A DNA stretch of 64,000 nt from Chrysemys picta bellii (lineage: Eukaryota). The DNA lies in the NCBI RefSeq assembly GCF_011386835.1, contig NC_088813.1, positions 10,044,001-10,108,000 of the forward strand. Reading direction: 5' to 3'. Shown here piece after piece: positions 46,431 to 58,333 of this stretch. Both the position numbers and the translations under genes were made by a program. The first letter of the stretch is position 1, and each line of letters begins with the position of its first letter. The notes under the pieces are model-generated. The model did no database searches and was not told the origin of the DNA. It saw only the letters and a program-made list of their open reading frames with translations.

Positions 46431-49400
46431 TTAGAAGTGCAGAGTAATATAACCCTCAGGAATTAATTAATGTGATTACTATCACTTCCCCAGTTGCCCA
46501 GGAGCATTTCCCATGAGTCACTGGTGCCAGCATGTGGAAACTAGGAGCAGCAACTTTCCCCTCTACTCCACAGACCCTGATCTAGCTAAAGAAGAGAGCA
46601 GAGAAAAATCACATCTAGTGGTTAGAGCTCATGACTTGGAGTCAGGCTGCTTGGGTTCATTCTGCTGCTGACTCACTGCACGACCTTGGGCAGGTCCCTT
46701 CTGCTCTTTGTGCTTCTGTGAACTCATCTAAAACAGGGATAATTACACTGGATGTGAGGATGGACAGGAACTGTGAGGATTAACTTGTTAACGTTTGCAA
46801 AGCGCGTTGAGACCCTCAGATGGAAACGAGCTAGTGGAGGGCAAGTTGCTCCTGATAAAAAGGACATGTGGATCCACTGCTGGAGTGTTGCTCATGTGCA
46901 GCTCCTGGGGCGAATCCAGTGATCCCCCCCCGCCCCACGAGTGACTGTGGTATGGAATTATTGTCAGGGGTGTCTGGGGTCACTGAAAGGCTCGAACGTC
47001 CTGGCATAAACTGGAGCATGTTCAAAGTCCTCCTCCAGCACCCGGAGTTCCAGAAGGAGAAAGGACCATGCCAGAATTGGCAGGAATGAAAAGAACAGAC
47101 GTTAAAATTAGCAACGCCTGACCTCCGCGAAAGATGCTTTCAAGCACTTTCAAAAGCCTGAGTCTTCCGGGAGCTCAGGACCTGCACTGCACAGACCCTG
47201 ATGAACAGGCCTGACGTCAGCAGGGGCCTTGCGTGCCGCTAGGCTGCTGCATTCGCCTCCGTGCTGCTGACTAATGCAGCTTCCTTGCCCACACTGTGAC
47301 GCAGAACAGTGCTCAGCAGTGAAGTGATCGTCTCTTCCCACCCAGGCCACGTTCCTGCTGTCACTAGGCTTAAGAGTCCGCTCAGTGCCCAACACTAGCA
47401 TGACAGCCTTTGCACTGGCCAGAAGAGTGGAGAACATTGGCCACAAACTTGGAAGGAACCAGCGTGAGTTGTGAGTACGGCATGTTCCCTGGGGCAACAT
47501 ATGCAGTGAAGATCAGCTGGATTCAATGCATGTCCTTATTCCAAATAAAGCCCAGAGCACTTCCAGTTTAGAAGGTGACTGCTCAGGTTGCAGGAATCTT
47601 ATGAGCACATGAAAACCACGGTGTCCAGATCTTTTTAAACAGAGCTGGAGCCAAAGCGAAATACCAGAACCCAACAGCCCTGAACTCAGGGGAAGTTTGA
47701 ACTTCATGGGCCCGTCTCTAATAATGCAAGAATAATAAATTAATAATGCCTGGGAGGTATTTCGCTCTCTTGACCGGCACTCTTGACACCTGACGAGGAA
47801 AAAGGCATCACGTTTCCAAGCAGTGCTTTGAATTACACACAGATCAAACCCCAGCCAGCGACATGACATGAGCCGGAGTGAAGCACGACGCTGCCATTGC
47901 AGAGGCTTCAGCAAATCTGCACAAAGTCTTTGTGCTCTTTTGAAAAGGAACCATGGGCCTGGCACTAGCAGCACATTGTTATCTGATTTCTCTCTCTCTC
48001 CTTCGAGCAACCTGGCTGGTGCATCTCAGACAATCCCATGTCAGTCACAGCTACTGCTGTGCAGGGAGCTTTGGTGTTAGAGGTCAGCCTCATTCTTCTC
48101 CGACCCTTGCCAGCCAGCTGTCCCGGGATGGGCTTTGGGTATGAAGTGCACTGCACCCCCTCACTTGCCTCCTTTCCCCGAACCCTGGAGCAGAACAAAG
48201 TATCCCCCACCCCTACACTCCTGGCTGGTGAGTCATCAGCATCAGCATTCAGAGAGCCAATGAGTCACTCAAGGCAGCAGGAAAACAGCGCGAATGAGCC
48301 GAGCTGCCTGGCAGGTCTGCTCCGCGGAAAGCGCAGTGCGTCTCCAGCGTGCATAATTGCACGCCGCCACCATGCAGCGCACGACACCAAACCAAAGCAA
48401 CAATGCCCGCAAGCTCCTCTCTCTTGTGAAAGCCGTGTTTGCATGGGACTCGTTTTTAGCCACCATCGCCCTGCCTACACTGGGGCTCCCATCCTGGCTT
48501 AAGAGCCTAATCCAAAGGAATGACCACCCCCCCCTCCCCCCACACACACACACTTCAGAGGGCTGTGGTTCAAGCCCACAGCTTGCATATTCCCGTCGCT
48601 GCCACATAGCAGCAGTTTTCTGGGTTAAGCTTTTCTTGCCATTTATTGAGCATCTCCAGGTCGCTGAAGTTCTTTGGAGCCCCTCTCTGGGCCGGAAATG
48701 CAGCAGTTTGCAGGGTGCATCTGAGGCTTTTGACCAAGTTTTGCTTTCTGTGGATTTCTGCCTTTGCTTTGCTTTGATCCCTGCCCTTGTCATTGCCGTG
48801 AGCTCAGAGACCCGCAGCAAACACCCAGTTGTTACCGTTTGACATTGTTCAGATAGCACCAGACGGGCACACGGCACCTACCAAGCGGCTGAACTGCACC
48901 CATGGGTCTTACAATCCACAGCAGGCCCAATCCTGCAAACTCTGCCTACTAGGTGTAGCATTTACTGCCAGGCTATTGACTCCAAAGCAACCGGGGTGGG
49001 CCTGCTGGTAAGCAATATTCCTGGTAGTGTTGGCACAATCAGGTCCTAAATTAGATCTACGATAAAACAAATGGCAAATGTTTAAAGCCCTGATTTCGGA
49101 AAGCATTTAAGCACATGCTTAAAGGTAAGCACGTGTTTAAGTCCCCCTGAATTGCTATTGTTGCCTGGCATTTTCAAGGGAGAGTTCTTCCTTCTGGAAT
49201 TCACCTCTCCTCTCCTTCATCAGATCGTCGACTGCCAGGGCACAGGGTTTACCCATAGGAGGCAGTAGGGTCCAGTCAGTAAATCTGGGATCTGTTCCTG
49301 GTTCTGCAGTTGACTGGCTATGTAACCCAGGCAAGTCGCTTAAGACCAATATTTGCAAAAGTGGCCTCTGATTTTGGGCGACTCGGTTTCTGGGTGCCCT

Positions 49401-49527
49401 GAACCAGACCACTGTGGGCTTGGGTTTCAAGCCTTGAGCACCCCCCAACTCCAGATGAAGTCAATGGGAGTCATAGGAGCTCAGCACCCCAGAAAATCAT
49501 GCTCAACGGTGTCTCAAAATGACAGGT

Positions 49528-49565
49528 TTCAGAGTGGTAAGTAGCCGTGTTAGTCTGTATAAGCA
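49528..49565 (-). mobile_element. Penelope 3'-terminal fragment
   Basis: tttcagagtggtaagtagccgtgttagtctgtat matches the repeat terminus at 25720-25747. Confidence 0.6.
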
Positions 49566-49995
49566 TCCAAAAATCAGAGGCCACTCTTGCAAATGTTGGC
49601 CATAACCTCTGTGCCTTGGCTTCCCCATCTTTAACGCGGGGATGACCTTTGCGAAGCACTTTGAGATCTATGCACGAAGAGCACCAGGCTGAGTGGATGA
49701 CAGTGAGGTGGACTTTTGCTTCAAGCAGAGTGGGGTTGGGTGTTTGGCATTAGCCTAGTGATTTTCGTGGTGTTTTCTTTTACATACAGGGGCTGAGAGA
49801 CCACGAGATGATCCCTTCTTTTTAAAAAAATCTCAAAATATAAATAAAAGGCTAGGGTGGGTTTCGATAGATAAGGGGTCGTGTGAGGCAGTGGGGTTAA
49901 AATATTAGTAATTAGGAAGGGAGATTTGCCCTTGTGGGGGACGGGCTGTTATTCCCGCAGAGCAAGTTATTTGAGTTCATTAGTTTCCTTTTGGT

Positions 49996-50060
49996 AGATT
50001 TCAGAGTAGCAGCCGTGTTAGTCTGTATCCGCAAAAAGAACAGGAGTACTTGTGACACCT
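49996..50060 (-). mobile_element. 65-bp Penelope 3'-terminal insertion
   Basis: tttcagagtagcagccgtgttagtctgtatccgcaaaaagaacaggagtacttgtgacacct, flanked by perfect 15-bp direct repeats tagtttccttttggt (49981 and 50061). Confidence 0.9.
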
Positions 50061-51884
50061 TAGTTTCCTTTTGGTTACTCAGGGATTATGCTGTGTTTTC
50101 ATATGGGTGGATTACTTGTCTCTTTGGTGGCTTGTTGTTTCCAGGCTTGTTGAGAGAAGCCTGTTTGAAGGCAGGGTTAAAGCAGAGAGGGGTGTGCACA
50201 CAGCAAAGCATGACTCAAGGATGTGATCGCTGCCGACCGGGCTTTGGCATATTGCAGTGGCATGTCCACCATAAAAGGGCTTTGGAAGTCCCCCTCTAAA
50301 GGGAAGGGGAGGGAGCTTGTAAGTATATGTGTAAAGAGAGACACATATTTATTTTTTGCCCTTCTATAGCAACTTCCATCAGAGATCTCAAAGCACGTTA
50401 TAAATATTAATTATTTATATTATTGTAGCATCTAGGAGCCCGAGACAGGGAAATATTATTTCCATTTTAGATGCAGGTGAATTGAAGCAAAGAGATTTGA
50501 GATGATTTCCACAGTATCATGGAGGGAGTTAATGACAGAGCCAGGAACAGAATCAAAGTCTTGATCACAAGACTCTGCTCTAACCATTAGACAACGCTCC
50601 CTCTCTACATTGTAACAGGCTGATGCTTTTAGTTTGTACTTTGGTGTGAACAAAACTTTACGGGGCCCTCTGCAGAGCCATGCTAGTCAGTCAGCCCAGA
50701 CAGTCCCACAATGCACAGCACCATGCCCTCAAGGGAAGCACATGGAGATGGCCTGCTTCCCGCCCAGCAGCACAGGGCCGGTCAGCAAGAATGGGGTGGG
50801 GGATTCCTTGTCCTGCCCCAGGATTCCAAACACCCTGCCCTTTGGACTACTCGTGTGAATGCAGAAATCCTTTAACTTAATATGGTTAGAGTTTAAAATC
50901 TCCAAGTAAACCATTTTCAAAATGCTTTAATTTGGTGCCAGTGTGCCCAGGGCATAACAGTCCAGCAGGTGGGGTGACAGTGGATCAGGGCACTGCCAGC
51001 TCCCTTCCTTTGTCAAGACACTGACACTTTGCTCTAGCCTCCGCTTGGTTTGCTATATGCAATGCCACCATCCACTTCTCTTCTCTACTCTCCCACCCCA
51101 TTTCTGAGCCCCCAGATGTCAGCACATGCAGAAGTACAAGGACGTTGCTATCAGCAGTAGGAACGGGTATCTTGGCAACAGTATCAGCAAAGACCATTTG
51201 AAAGTAGAGGGGGTTCTGAGTGTCTCTGCTCTGCTGCTGCGATGGATGGAGAACTGTAAAAAACACCAGCCCCACTTCCATGTCTGGATCTTGTTTGAAC
51301 TACAGGTGGAGAATAATTACTGGAGGTCAAGGCTGCCACCTACTGGCCAACACAGCTCAGTGTGGGCTACCACTTACTTCTTCATCCTAGTGCTTTGCTT
51401 TTCTGCAGCTTCTCCCACCTCAAGATCTCAAAGCCTGTTACAAATCTTAATTAAACTTCCCCGTAAGGTGGTCAGTATCATTATCCCCATTTCCGGGATA
51501 GGTAAACTGAGGCATAGAGCAGGGTTGCCCAAGCCCACGCAAGAGATTAGAGTCAGAGTCAGGTGTAGAACCCAGGAGTCCTGACTCACTCCCCTGCAAT
51601 AACCACTAGGCCAAACTCCCTTTTGCAAGCGTGGTCTGTACATCAAATAATTTCAATGTTCAGATACTAACTATAGGGGCGTCCCAGCCCAGGCCCTGTG
51701 AAGCCTGGTACTTGGGGGAGCAGTAGGACTCGGGGAAGAGCTCTGGAATTGGGGGTCAGTGGGTGAAGGGATCTCGGGGTGGGAGGTAATTCCTGGAGGG
51801 GAGTCAATAGCTTCAGAAATTGGGGGGAGGGGTGAGAGGAGGGTTTGGTGGTCACTCCGCGGGGGGGCAGGAGCAGTGTCTGGG

Positions 51885-52330
51885 GAGAGTCGGGGGAGGT
51901 CGGTCCCAGGGGTGTCAGTGTCTAGTGGGGTCAGTCCCGGTTGGGGGTCCTGGGGGTGTCAGTATCTGTGGGGAGTCGGGGGGGGTGTCAGTCCTGGTTA
52001 GGGGTCCCGGGGAGTGTCAGTGTCTGGGGGGTCAGTCCCAGTTGAGGGTCCTGGGGGTGTCAGTGTCTGGGGGGGGTCAGTGCTGGTTGGGGGTCCTGTC
52101 TGGGGGGAGTTAGGGGGGAAGTCCCAGTTGGGGGTCCCGGGGGGTGTCAATGTCTGGGGGATCAGTCCCGATTGGGGGTCACGGGGGTGTCAGTGTCTGG
52201 GGGAAACTGGGGGAGTCAGTCCCGATTGGGGGTCCCAGGGGGTCTGTTTCTGGGGGGAGTCGGGGGGGTGTCAGTCCCGATTTGGGGTCCCGGGGGTGTC
52301 AGTGTCTGGGGGGGTCAGTCCCAGAGGGGG
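51885..52330. repeat. G-rich degenerate minisatellite (~45-bp unit, ~9 copies) upstream of KDF1 exon 1
   Basis: gtcagtcccggttgggggtcctgggggtgtcagtgtctggggg and variants in tandem. Confidence 0.85.
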
Positions 52331-52960
52331 GAGGAAATCAGTGGCCGGGGTCCGCCCCGCCCGGAGAAGGGGGAGGTCCCTGGGGGGAGACAGAGGCTGG
52401 GTGCAGGACACAGGAGCTCAGTCCCTGGGCCCTGGTCCGCGGAGGGGAGGGGGAGGAGTTTCGCCTCTCCGAGAACCGTGTCCCTTGCGGCAGCCCGTAG
52501 CGGCAGGTCACATGGTCTCACCTGGCCCAGGTGAGGGAGGGGCCGGACGCCGTTCACCTGGCTCGGCACAGGTAACTCCAGGGCCGGGCCTGGCCACCGA
52601 CCCCCCGGCGGGAGGGACCCGCTTGGGGTGCCGCACCCCCCCGCGCCCGGCGGGAGCAGGCCCCGCCCTGACCGGGTCGCTCCCCCCGAACACACTGCGG
52701 GGGGGCGGACCCCGCCCCAGTCCCACCTCAGCGACCCCGCGGGGGGGGCAGCCCCAGGGGTTCAGCTCCACCCCGGGGGACACTCCCGCGGGCTGGGTGC
52801 TGGGCGGAGCGCGGGTCCCTTGGAGCTGGGGCTTTCTCCCACACCTGCTCGGTGGCTGCTGATTTGTTTGCCTGGGGCGGTGGGTTTCATTTGCGGACCC
52901 CTTTGGAAATCTTAGGCACAGTGTGCAGAGCCCCCAGGGGTCCGCGGACCAGAGGTTGTA
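52330..52960 (+). promoter_or_regulatory. KDF1: KDF1 promoter CpG island and probable non-coding exon 1 (donor CAG|GTGAGG at 52531 or CAG|GTAACT at 52572)
   Basis: CpG island with GC boxes and strong donors. It is the only CpG island upstream of the KDF1 coding exon, which begins with an acceptor at 59891. Confidence 0.6.
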
Positions 52961-53974
52961 AACCACTGGCCTAGCGAGAGCCAAAGCAGCGGATTCCTTC
53001 CTGCCTTGAGGCGTGGGGACCTCTCCTTCCACCTCCCCACTGAACCAGTCTCCCCTACTTGTGACAACCCCCCTCTCCCCCCTCCCATCAGGCTCCCTTT
53101 TTAATAATATGACATTCACCTAAACACTCTGTATCCCCCTCCCCGCCAACCTGCTCGCTCTTGGGGGGGGGGGGTGACATGCATGTTGTGCTACTTTTGT
53201 GTTGCTGGGCTTGGGAGGGTTCTGAGCAGCAGGTGGGATGACAGATCGGGTGTGTGTTCAAGAAATTGGATCAGCTTTCTAGGAAGCATGTGATTGACTG
53301 GAACCACAAACTCCAGTGCAGCCTTTGCCACTTCGTGCCCTGTGCTCTGAAAGAGCTGCTACAGACACAATCCCTACAGATCCAGTGCTACACTAGATGC
53401 ATGTCTGTTACTCTTTCCTTGGAAAATACTTTTAGTTAAGTTTTTTAAAAGTATCAGTATGCTGTGTTATTGGGAATGCCCAAGGTGTTTGTGTCAGAGG
53501 TAGATGTACCTCCGTTTATGTGAAAATAACTTTGTAGTGAATCTTCAGGAGAATGAACAGTTTATTATGATTTGTACAATAGTGGTGTCTAGGATTGCCA
53601 ATTGAGATTGGCAGCTCCATTGTGCTAATGTACAAACGCATAGTGAGAGACGAGCTTATGATCTAAATAGACAAGATAGATTTGAGGTGAGAGGGGAAAC
53701 TGAGGCACAGAGCAGCAAGGTGACTTGCCCCAAGTCACCCAGCAAATAAGTGGTAGAGCTGGGAATAGAACCTGGATATCCTGAGACCCAATCTACTGTC
53801 AGCAAAACCACTGTAAAGCAGGTTTGAACCATGGCAGCAGAGTGGTTTTTGAATAAACTGTAAAAGCTATTGAGGGTTCTGTGTGTTTGGATGCAGGTCA
53901 CATTAGAAATCAAGAAAGGATTAAATTTGAAATACAGTAGTTTGGATGTTCTGAAAGGCCCCCTTTAATCCAGT

Positions 53975-54133
53975 ATCAGAGGGGTAGCCGTGTTAGTCTG
54001 AATCTGTAAAAAGCAACAGAGGGTCCTGTGGCACCTTTAAGACTAACAGAAGTATTGGGAGCATAAGCTTTCCGTGAAAGCTTATGCTCCCAATACTTCT
54101 GTTAGTCTTAAAGGTGCCACAGGACCCTCTATT
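53975..54133 (-). mobile_element. Penelope terminal-repeat insertion with inverted 5' segment (perfect hairpin)
   Basis: 55-bp inverted arms at 54018-54072 and 54076-54130; 15-bp TSD cccctttaatccagt at 53960 and 54134. Confidence 0.92.
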
Positions 54134-54247
54134 CCCCTTTAATCCAGTGTTTCCAAATCCTCCAGTACTAGATAGGGATGAGTCAAGGCTGTAGCCAGCC
54201 TGGTTATTGGTTTACTGATGTAGATAATTCAGCTAGTTCTTATAACT

Positions 54248-54464
54248 CACTAGTTCTCAAACTTGTACTGGTGACCCCTTTCACTTAGCAAGCCTCTGAG
54301 TGCGACCCCCCTTATAAATTAAAAATACTTTTTAATATATTTAACACCATTATAAATGCTGGAGGCAAAGCAGGGTTTGAGGTGGAGGCTGACAGCTCGC
54401 GACCCCCCATGAAATAACCTCATGACCCCCTGAGGGGTCCTGATCCCCAGTTTGAGAACCCCTG
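54248..54464. mobile_element. hAT (Charlie-type) MITE
   Basis: cactagttctcaaact / agtttgagaacccctg; perfect TSD ttataact. Confidence 0.85.
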
Positions 54465-55388
54465 TTATAACTGATCTCGAAGGAGCTCTCCTCTCCCTCT
54501 CAGCAAGGAAGATCTTAAACCCTGGATAATGATGTTCCAACTACTCACAAATACCATTCATCTGAAATGAATGCTTAACCTCTTTAGAAGGACCGTGTTG
54601 GTTCAAATAAGACTGATGCTTGAGGAGGAAGAAGGTTACCAACTTCATTTTCAGTGTCAATTTAGCAAGTGGGTTTTAACCCAAATATTTATTTGCCATT
54701 GTTAGGCAGCTGGTTACAATTTAACATCTGGGCTTAGTCAAAGGGAACACGTCTCTGGAATCCTGGTAGTTGGGCTTTGACCATACTTCGATATCTGTGT
54801 TGGCTGAGAAGTCTTTATAGTCTTAAACTTGTGATCTTGTGGTGAATACGGTGGGCAGCTGTGATCTATTGGATTGAGCACAGGGTGTGAGCCGGAGATA
54901 GGTTCTATCCCTGACACTGCATTTTGCACAACCTTAGATAAGTCATTTAACCACTGTGCCTCAGATTTTTTTTTCTTCTACAGTGGAGATAATACCCACT
55001 TTATAAGGTACTTTGAAACCTCGGGATACTAAGCGCTATATAAATGACCATTACTTTATGGGCTTTGGATATATGTCATTCTTTTAACATGACCTCCGTA
55101 TTATGAGTAATCCGTCATCCTGCTGACCAGTAATGGCTCTCCACTTGGAGAGTTTGATCAGCTCAGATGGGTTTTTTGGTGCATGAAAACCTGATGAAAG
55201 TGAGCAAAAGCTGATGGCCTAACTCAAAAGTGCCGAGCATCCACCGCTCCCGGTGAAGGCAATGCGAGCTGGGGGTGCTTATCCTGATTTTCAAAAAGTG
55301 CTATCTGAGTTTTTTTTTATTTAAAATGTCTAGGAGTAAGGGAAGGGGACCTCTCAGGGTATGTGTTAATCTTATAAAATACATAAGT

Positions 55389-55528
55389 GAGACCAGATTG
55401 TCTGAAGAAGAGCTCTGTGTAGCTCAAAAGCTCGTCTCTCTCACCAACAGAAGGTGGTCCAGTAAAAGATATTACCTCCCCCACCTTGTCTCTCTAATAT
55501 CCTGGGGCCAACCCGGCTACAACACTGC
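55389..55528 (+). mobile_element. Terminal repeat of a second Penelope-like family with hammerhead-like motif
   Basis: ctgaagaa-gagct-ctgtgt-agctc-aaaagct; 13-bp TSD aaaatacataagt at 55376 and 55529. Confidence 0.7.
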
Positions 55529-55639
55529 AAAATACATAAGTATCAGCCAAGGCTAATGTCCATGGAAAACAGCGGAACAAAGGCTAGGGAAGCTTATCTC
55601 CAACGTATAAATATCTGCCAAGCACTCCCAGTCCCCATG

Positions 55640-58333
55640 TCCGTTACTGTGGCAGAACTACTTTAAAAAGTGGCAGTGGTCATCCTAGTTAGGGTAGGAG
55701 TAGGGAGATTCTATTACCTTTGTATTTGACACTGGTATGACCACTGCTGGAATACTGTGTCCAGTTCTGGTGTCCACATTTTAAGAAGGAAGTTGATACA
55801 TAGGAGAGGGTTCTGAAGAGATCCGCAAAAACGATGAAAGGATTGAAAAGCGTGCCTTATAGCGACAGACGCATGCAGCTCCATCTGTTTAGCTTAACAA
55901 AGAGAAGCTAAGGGGTGACTTGATCCCAGTACCTATAGGGAGCAAATATTTGATAGTAGAATCATAGAAATATAGGGCTGGAAGGGACCTCGAGAAGCCA
56001 TCAAGTCCATCCCCCTGCACTGAGGCGGGACCAAGTAAACCTAGTCCATCCCTGACAGGTGTTTGTCCAACATGTTTTTAAAAGCTTTCAAAGATGAGGA
56101 CTCCACAGCCTCCCTTGAAAGCTTATTCCAGAGCTTAACTCCTTTATAGTTAGAAAGTTTTTCCTAATATCTCACCTTGCTGCAGATTAAGCCCCTTATT
56201 TCATGTCCTACCTTCAGTGGACATGGAGAATACAATAATTGATCACGCTCCTCCTTTATAGCAGCTCTTAACATATTGGAAGAGTGATCCGGTCGCCCCT
56301 CAGCCTTCTTTCCTCAAGACTAAACATGCACAGTTTTTTCTACCTTTCCTCATAGCTCAGGTTTTCTAAACCTCTTATCATTGTTGTTGCTCTCCTCAGG
56401 ACTCTTTCCAATTTGTCCCCATCCTTTCTAAACTGTGGTATTCAGAATGAGACACGGTACTCCAGCTGGGGCCTCACCAGTGTCGAATAGAGCAGGGCAA
56501 TTGCTGCCTGTGTTTTACATAAACACCCCCTTTTGATACATCCCAGATTCATAGTTGCCTTTGTGCAGCTGAATCACATTGACAACTCATTCAGTTTGTG
56601 GTCCATTATAGTCCCTAGATCTTTTTCAGCAATTTTGTAGTTGAGCATCTGATTATTCCTTCCTAACTGAAGTACTTTACACTTGTCTTTACTGAATTTC
56701 ATCTTGTTGAATTCAGACCAATTTACCAGTTTGTCAAGATCATTTTGAATTTTAAACCTGTCCTCCAAAGTGCTTACAACCCCTCCCAGTTTGGTGTCAT
56801 CTGCAAATTTTATAAGCATGCTCTCTACTCCATTATCCAAGTCATTAATGAAAATATTGAATAGTACAGAACCCAGGACTAACCCCTGTGGGACTCCCAA
56901 TTTGACATCAAAACATTGATAAATATTCAAGTACAGTCTTTCAATCAGTTGTACACCCACCTTATAGTCATTTCACTTAGACCATATTTCCCTAGTTCGC
57001 TGATGAGAATGTCATGTGGAACTGTGTCAGAAGCCTTACTAAAATCAAGGTATATCACATCTACTGCTTCCCCCAGGTCAGTAATCCTATCAAAGAAGGA
57101 AATTAAGTTGGTTTGGCATGATTTGTTCTTGACAAATCCATGCTGGCTATTCCTTATAAACCTTTTATCCTCCAGGTGCTTATAAATTATTTAATAATTT
57201 GCTTCAGTATCTTTTCAGGTATTGAAATTAAGCTGACTGGTCTGTAATTCCCCAGATCCTCCTTGTTCCCCTTTTGAAAGATAGGTACTATGTTCAGCCT
57301 TCTCTTGGTCTGGAACCTCTCCCATCCTGCAGGAGTTCTCAAAGATAATTGCTAATGGCTCCAAGATTGCTTCAACTAGTTCCTTAAGCACCCTAGCATG
57401 AATTTCATGAGGCCCTGCTGACTTGAATACATCTAACATATTTAAATATTCTTTAACCTGTTCTCTCTCTGTTTTGGCTTGTGTTCCTTCAATGCTCATT
57501 GTGTTGAGTATCTGGTCATCATTAACCTTTTTAGTGAAGACTGAAGCAAAATAGGGATTAAGCACCTCCGCTTTCTTGATGTCACCAGTTATTAGTTCTC
57601 CTTCCTCACTAAGTAGAGGACCTCCACTTTCTTTCATCTTTCTCTTGCTCCTAATGTAATTAAATAACCTCTTCTTATTGCCTTTTATGACCCCGGCTAG
57701 GTGTAACTCATTTTGTGCCTTAGTCTGTCTGATTTTGTCCCTACATACTTGTACTGTTCTTTTGTACCCCTCCTTAGCAATTTGACAATGTTTCCACATT
57801 TTGTAGGATTCCTTTTTGATTTTCAGGTCATTTAAAGAACTCCTAATGGAGCTATCTTGGCTTCTTACTATTCTTCCGATCTTTCCTTTGCTTCGGAATA
57901 GGTTGCAGTTGTGCCTTTAATATTGTCTCCTTGAGGAACTGCCAGCTCTCTTGAACTCCCTTTTCCCTTAGATTTTCTTCCCATGGGACCTACCTACCAG
58001 TTCTCTGAGTTTGTTGAGGTCTGCTTTTTTGAAGTCCATTATCCTCATTCTGCTGCTTTCACTCCTTTTCTTTAGAGTCGTGAAATCTATCATTTCATGT
58101 TCACTGTCACCCACATTGCCTTTCGCTTTCAGATTCACTACCAATTCCTCCCTGTTGGTCAGAATTAAGTCTAAAATGGCTGTCCTCCTGGTTACTTCCT
58201 CCACTTTCTGGAACAAAAAATTGGGCTCTTCAATCTAGCAGACAAAGGTATAACAAGATCTAGTGGCTGGGAGTTGATATCTACTGGACAGCTTTGGAAC
58301 CCAAAGAGAGTGGGAGAAAGTAGCTACAATAAC
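55640..58333 (+). mobile_element. Older CR1 fragment (55640-55957 and 58221-58333) split by the minus-strand CR1
   Basis: ctggaatactgtgtccagttctgg (LEYCVQFW) lies before the split; ggctcttcaatctagcagacaaaggtataaca continues after it. Confidence 0.7.
55958..58220 (-). mobile_element. CR1 LINE, 5'-truncated, ORF2 with frameshifts (KDF1 intron 1, antisense)
   Basis: agaatcatag 3' tail. Pieces read GVPQGLVLGSVLFNIFINDLD...KFADDTKLGG (RT), KAEVLNPYFASVFT and AILDLILTN. Confidence 0.95.

Noticed and set aside
46950-47500. Protein-like minus-strand reading frames (LELRVLEEDFEHAPVYARTF; CSASQCGQGSCISQQHGGEC, superficially EGF-like)
   Set aside because: No consistent splice signals, the EGF cysteine pattern is incomplete, and I do not recognise the sequence; only a BLASTx hit would revive it.
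51126-51584. 152-aa plus-strand ORF upstream of KDF1
   Set aside because: Its 3' third runs through a MIR element and it has no recognisable domain.
52014-53119. ORFs of 282 and 203 aa at the KDF1 promoter
   Set aside because: Gly/Pro/Val-rich translations of a G-rich tandem repeat and CpG island lacking stops.
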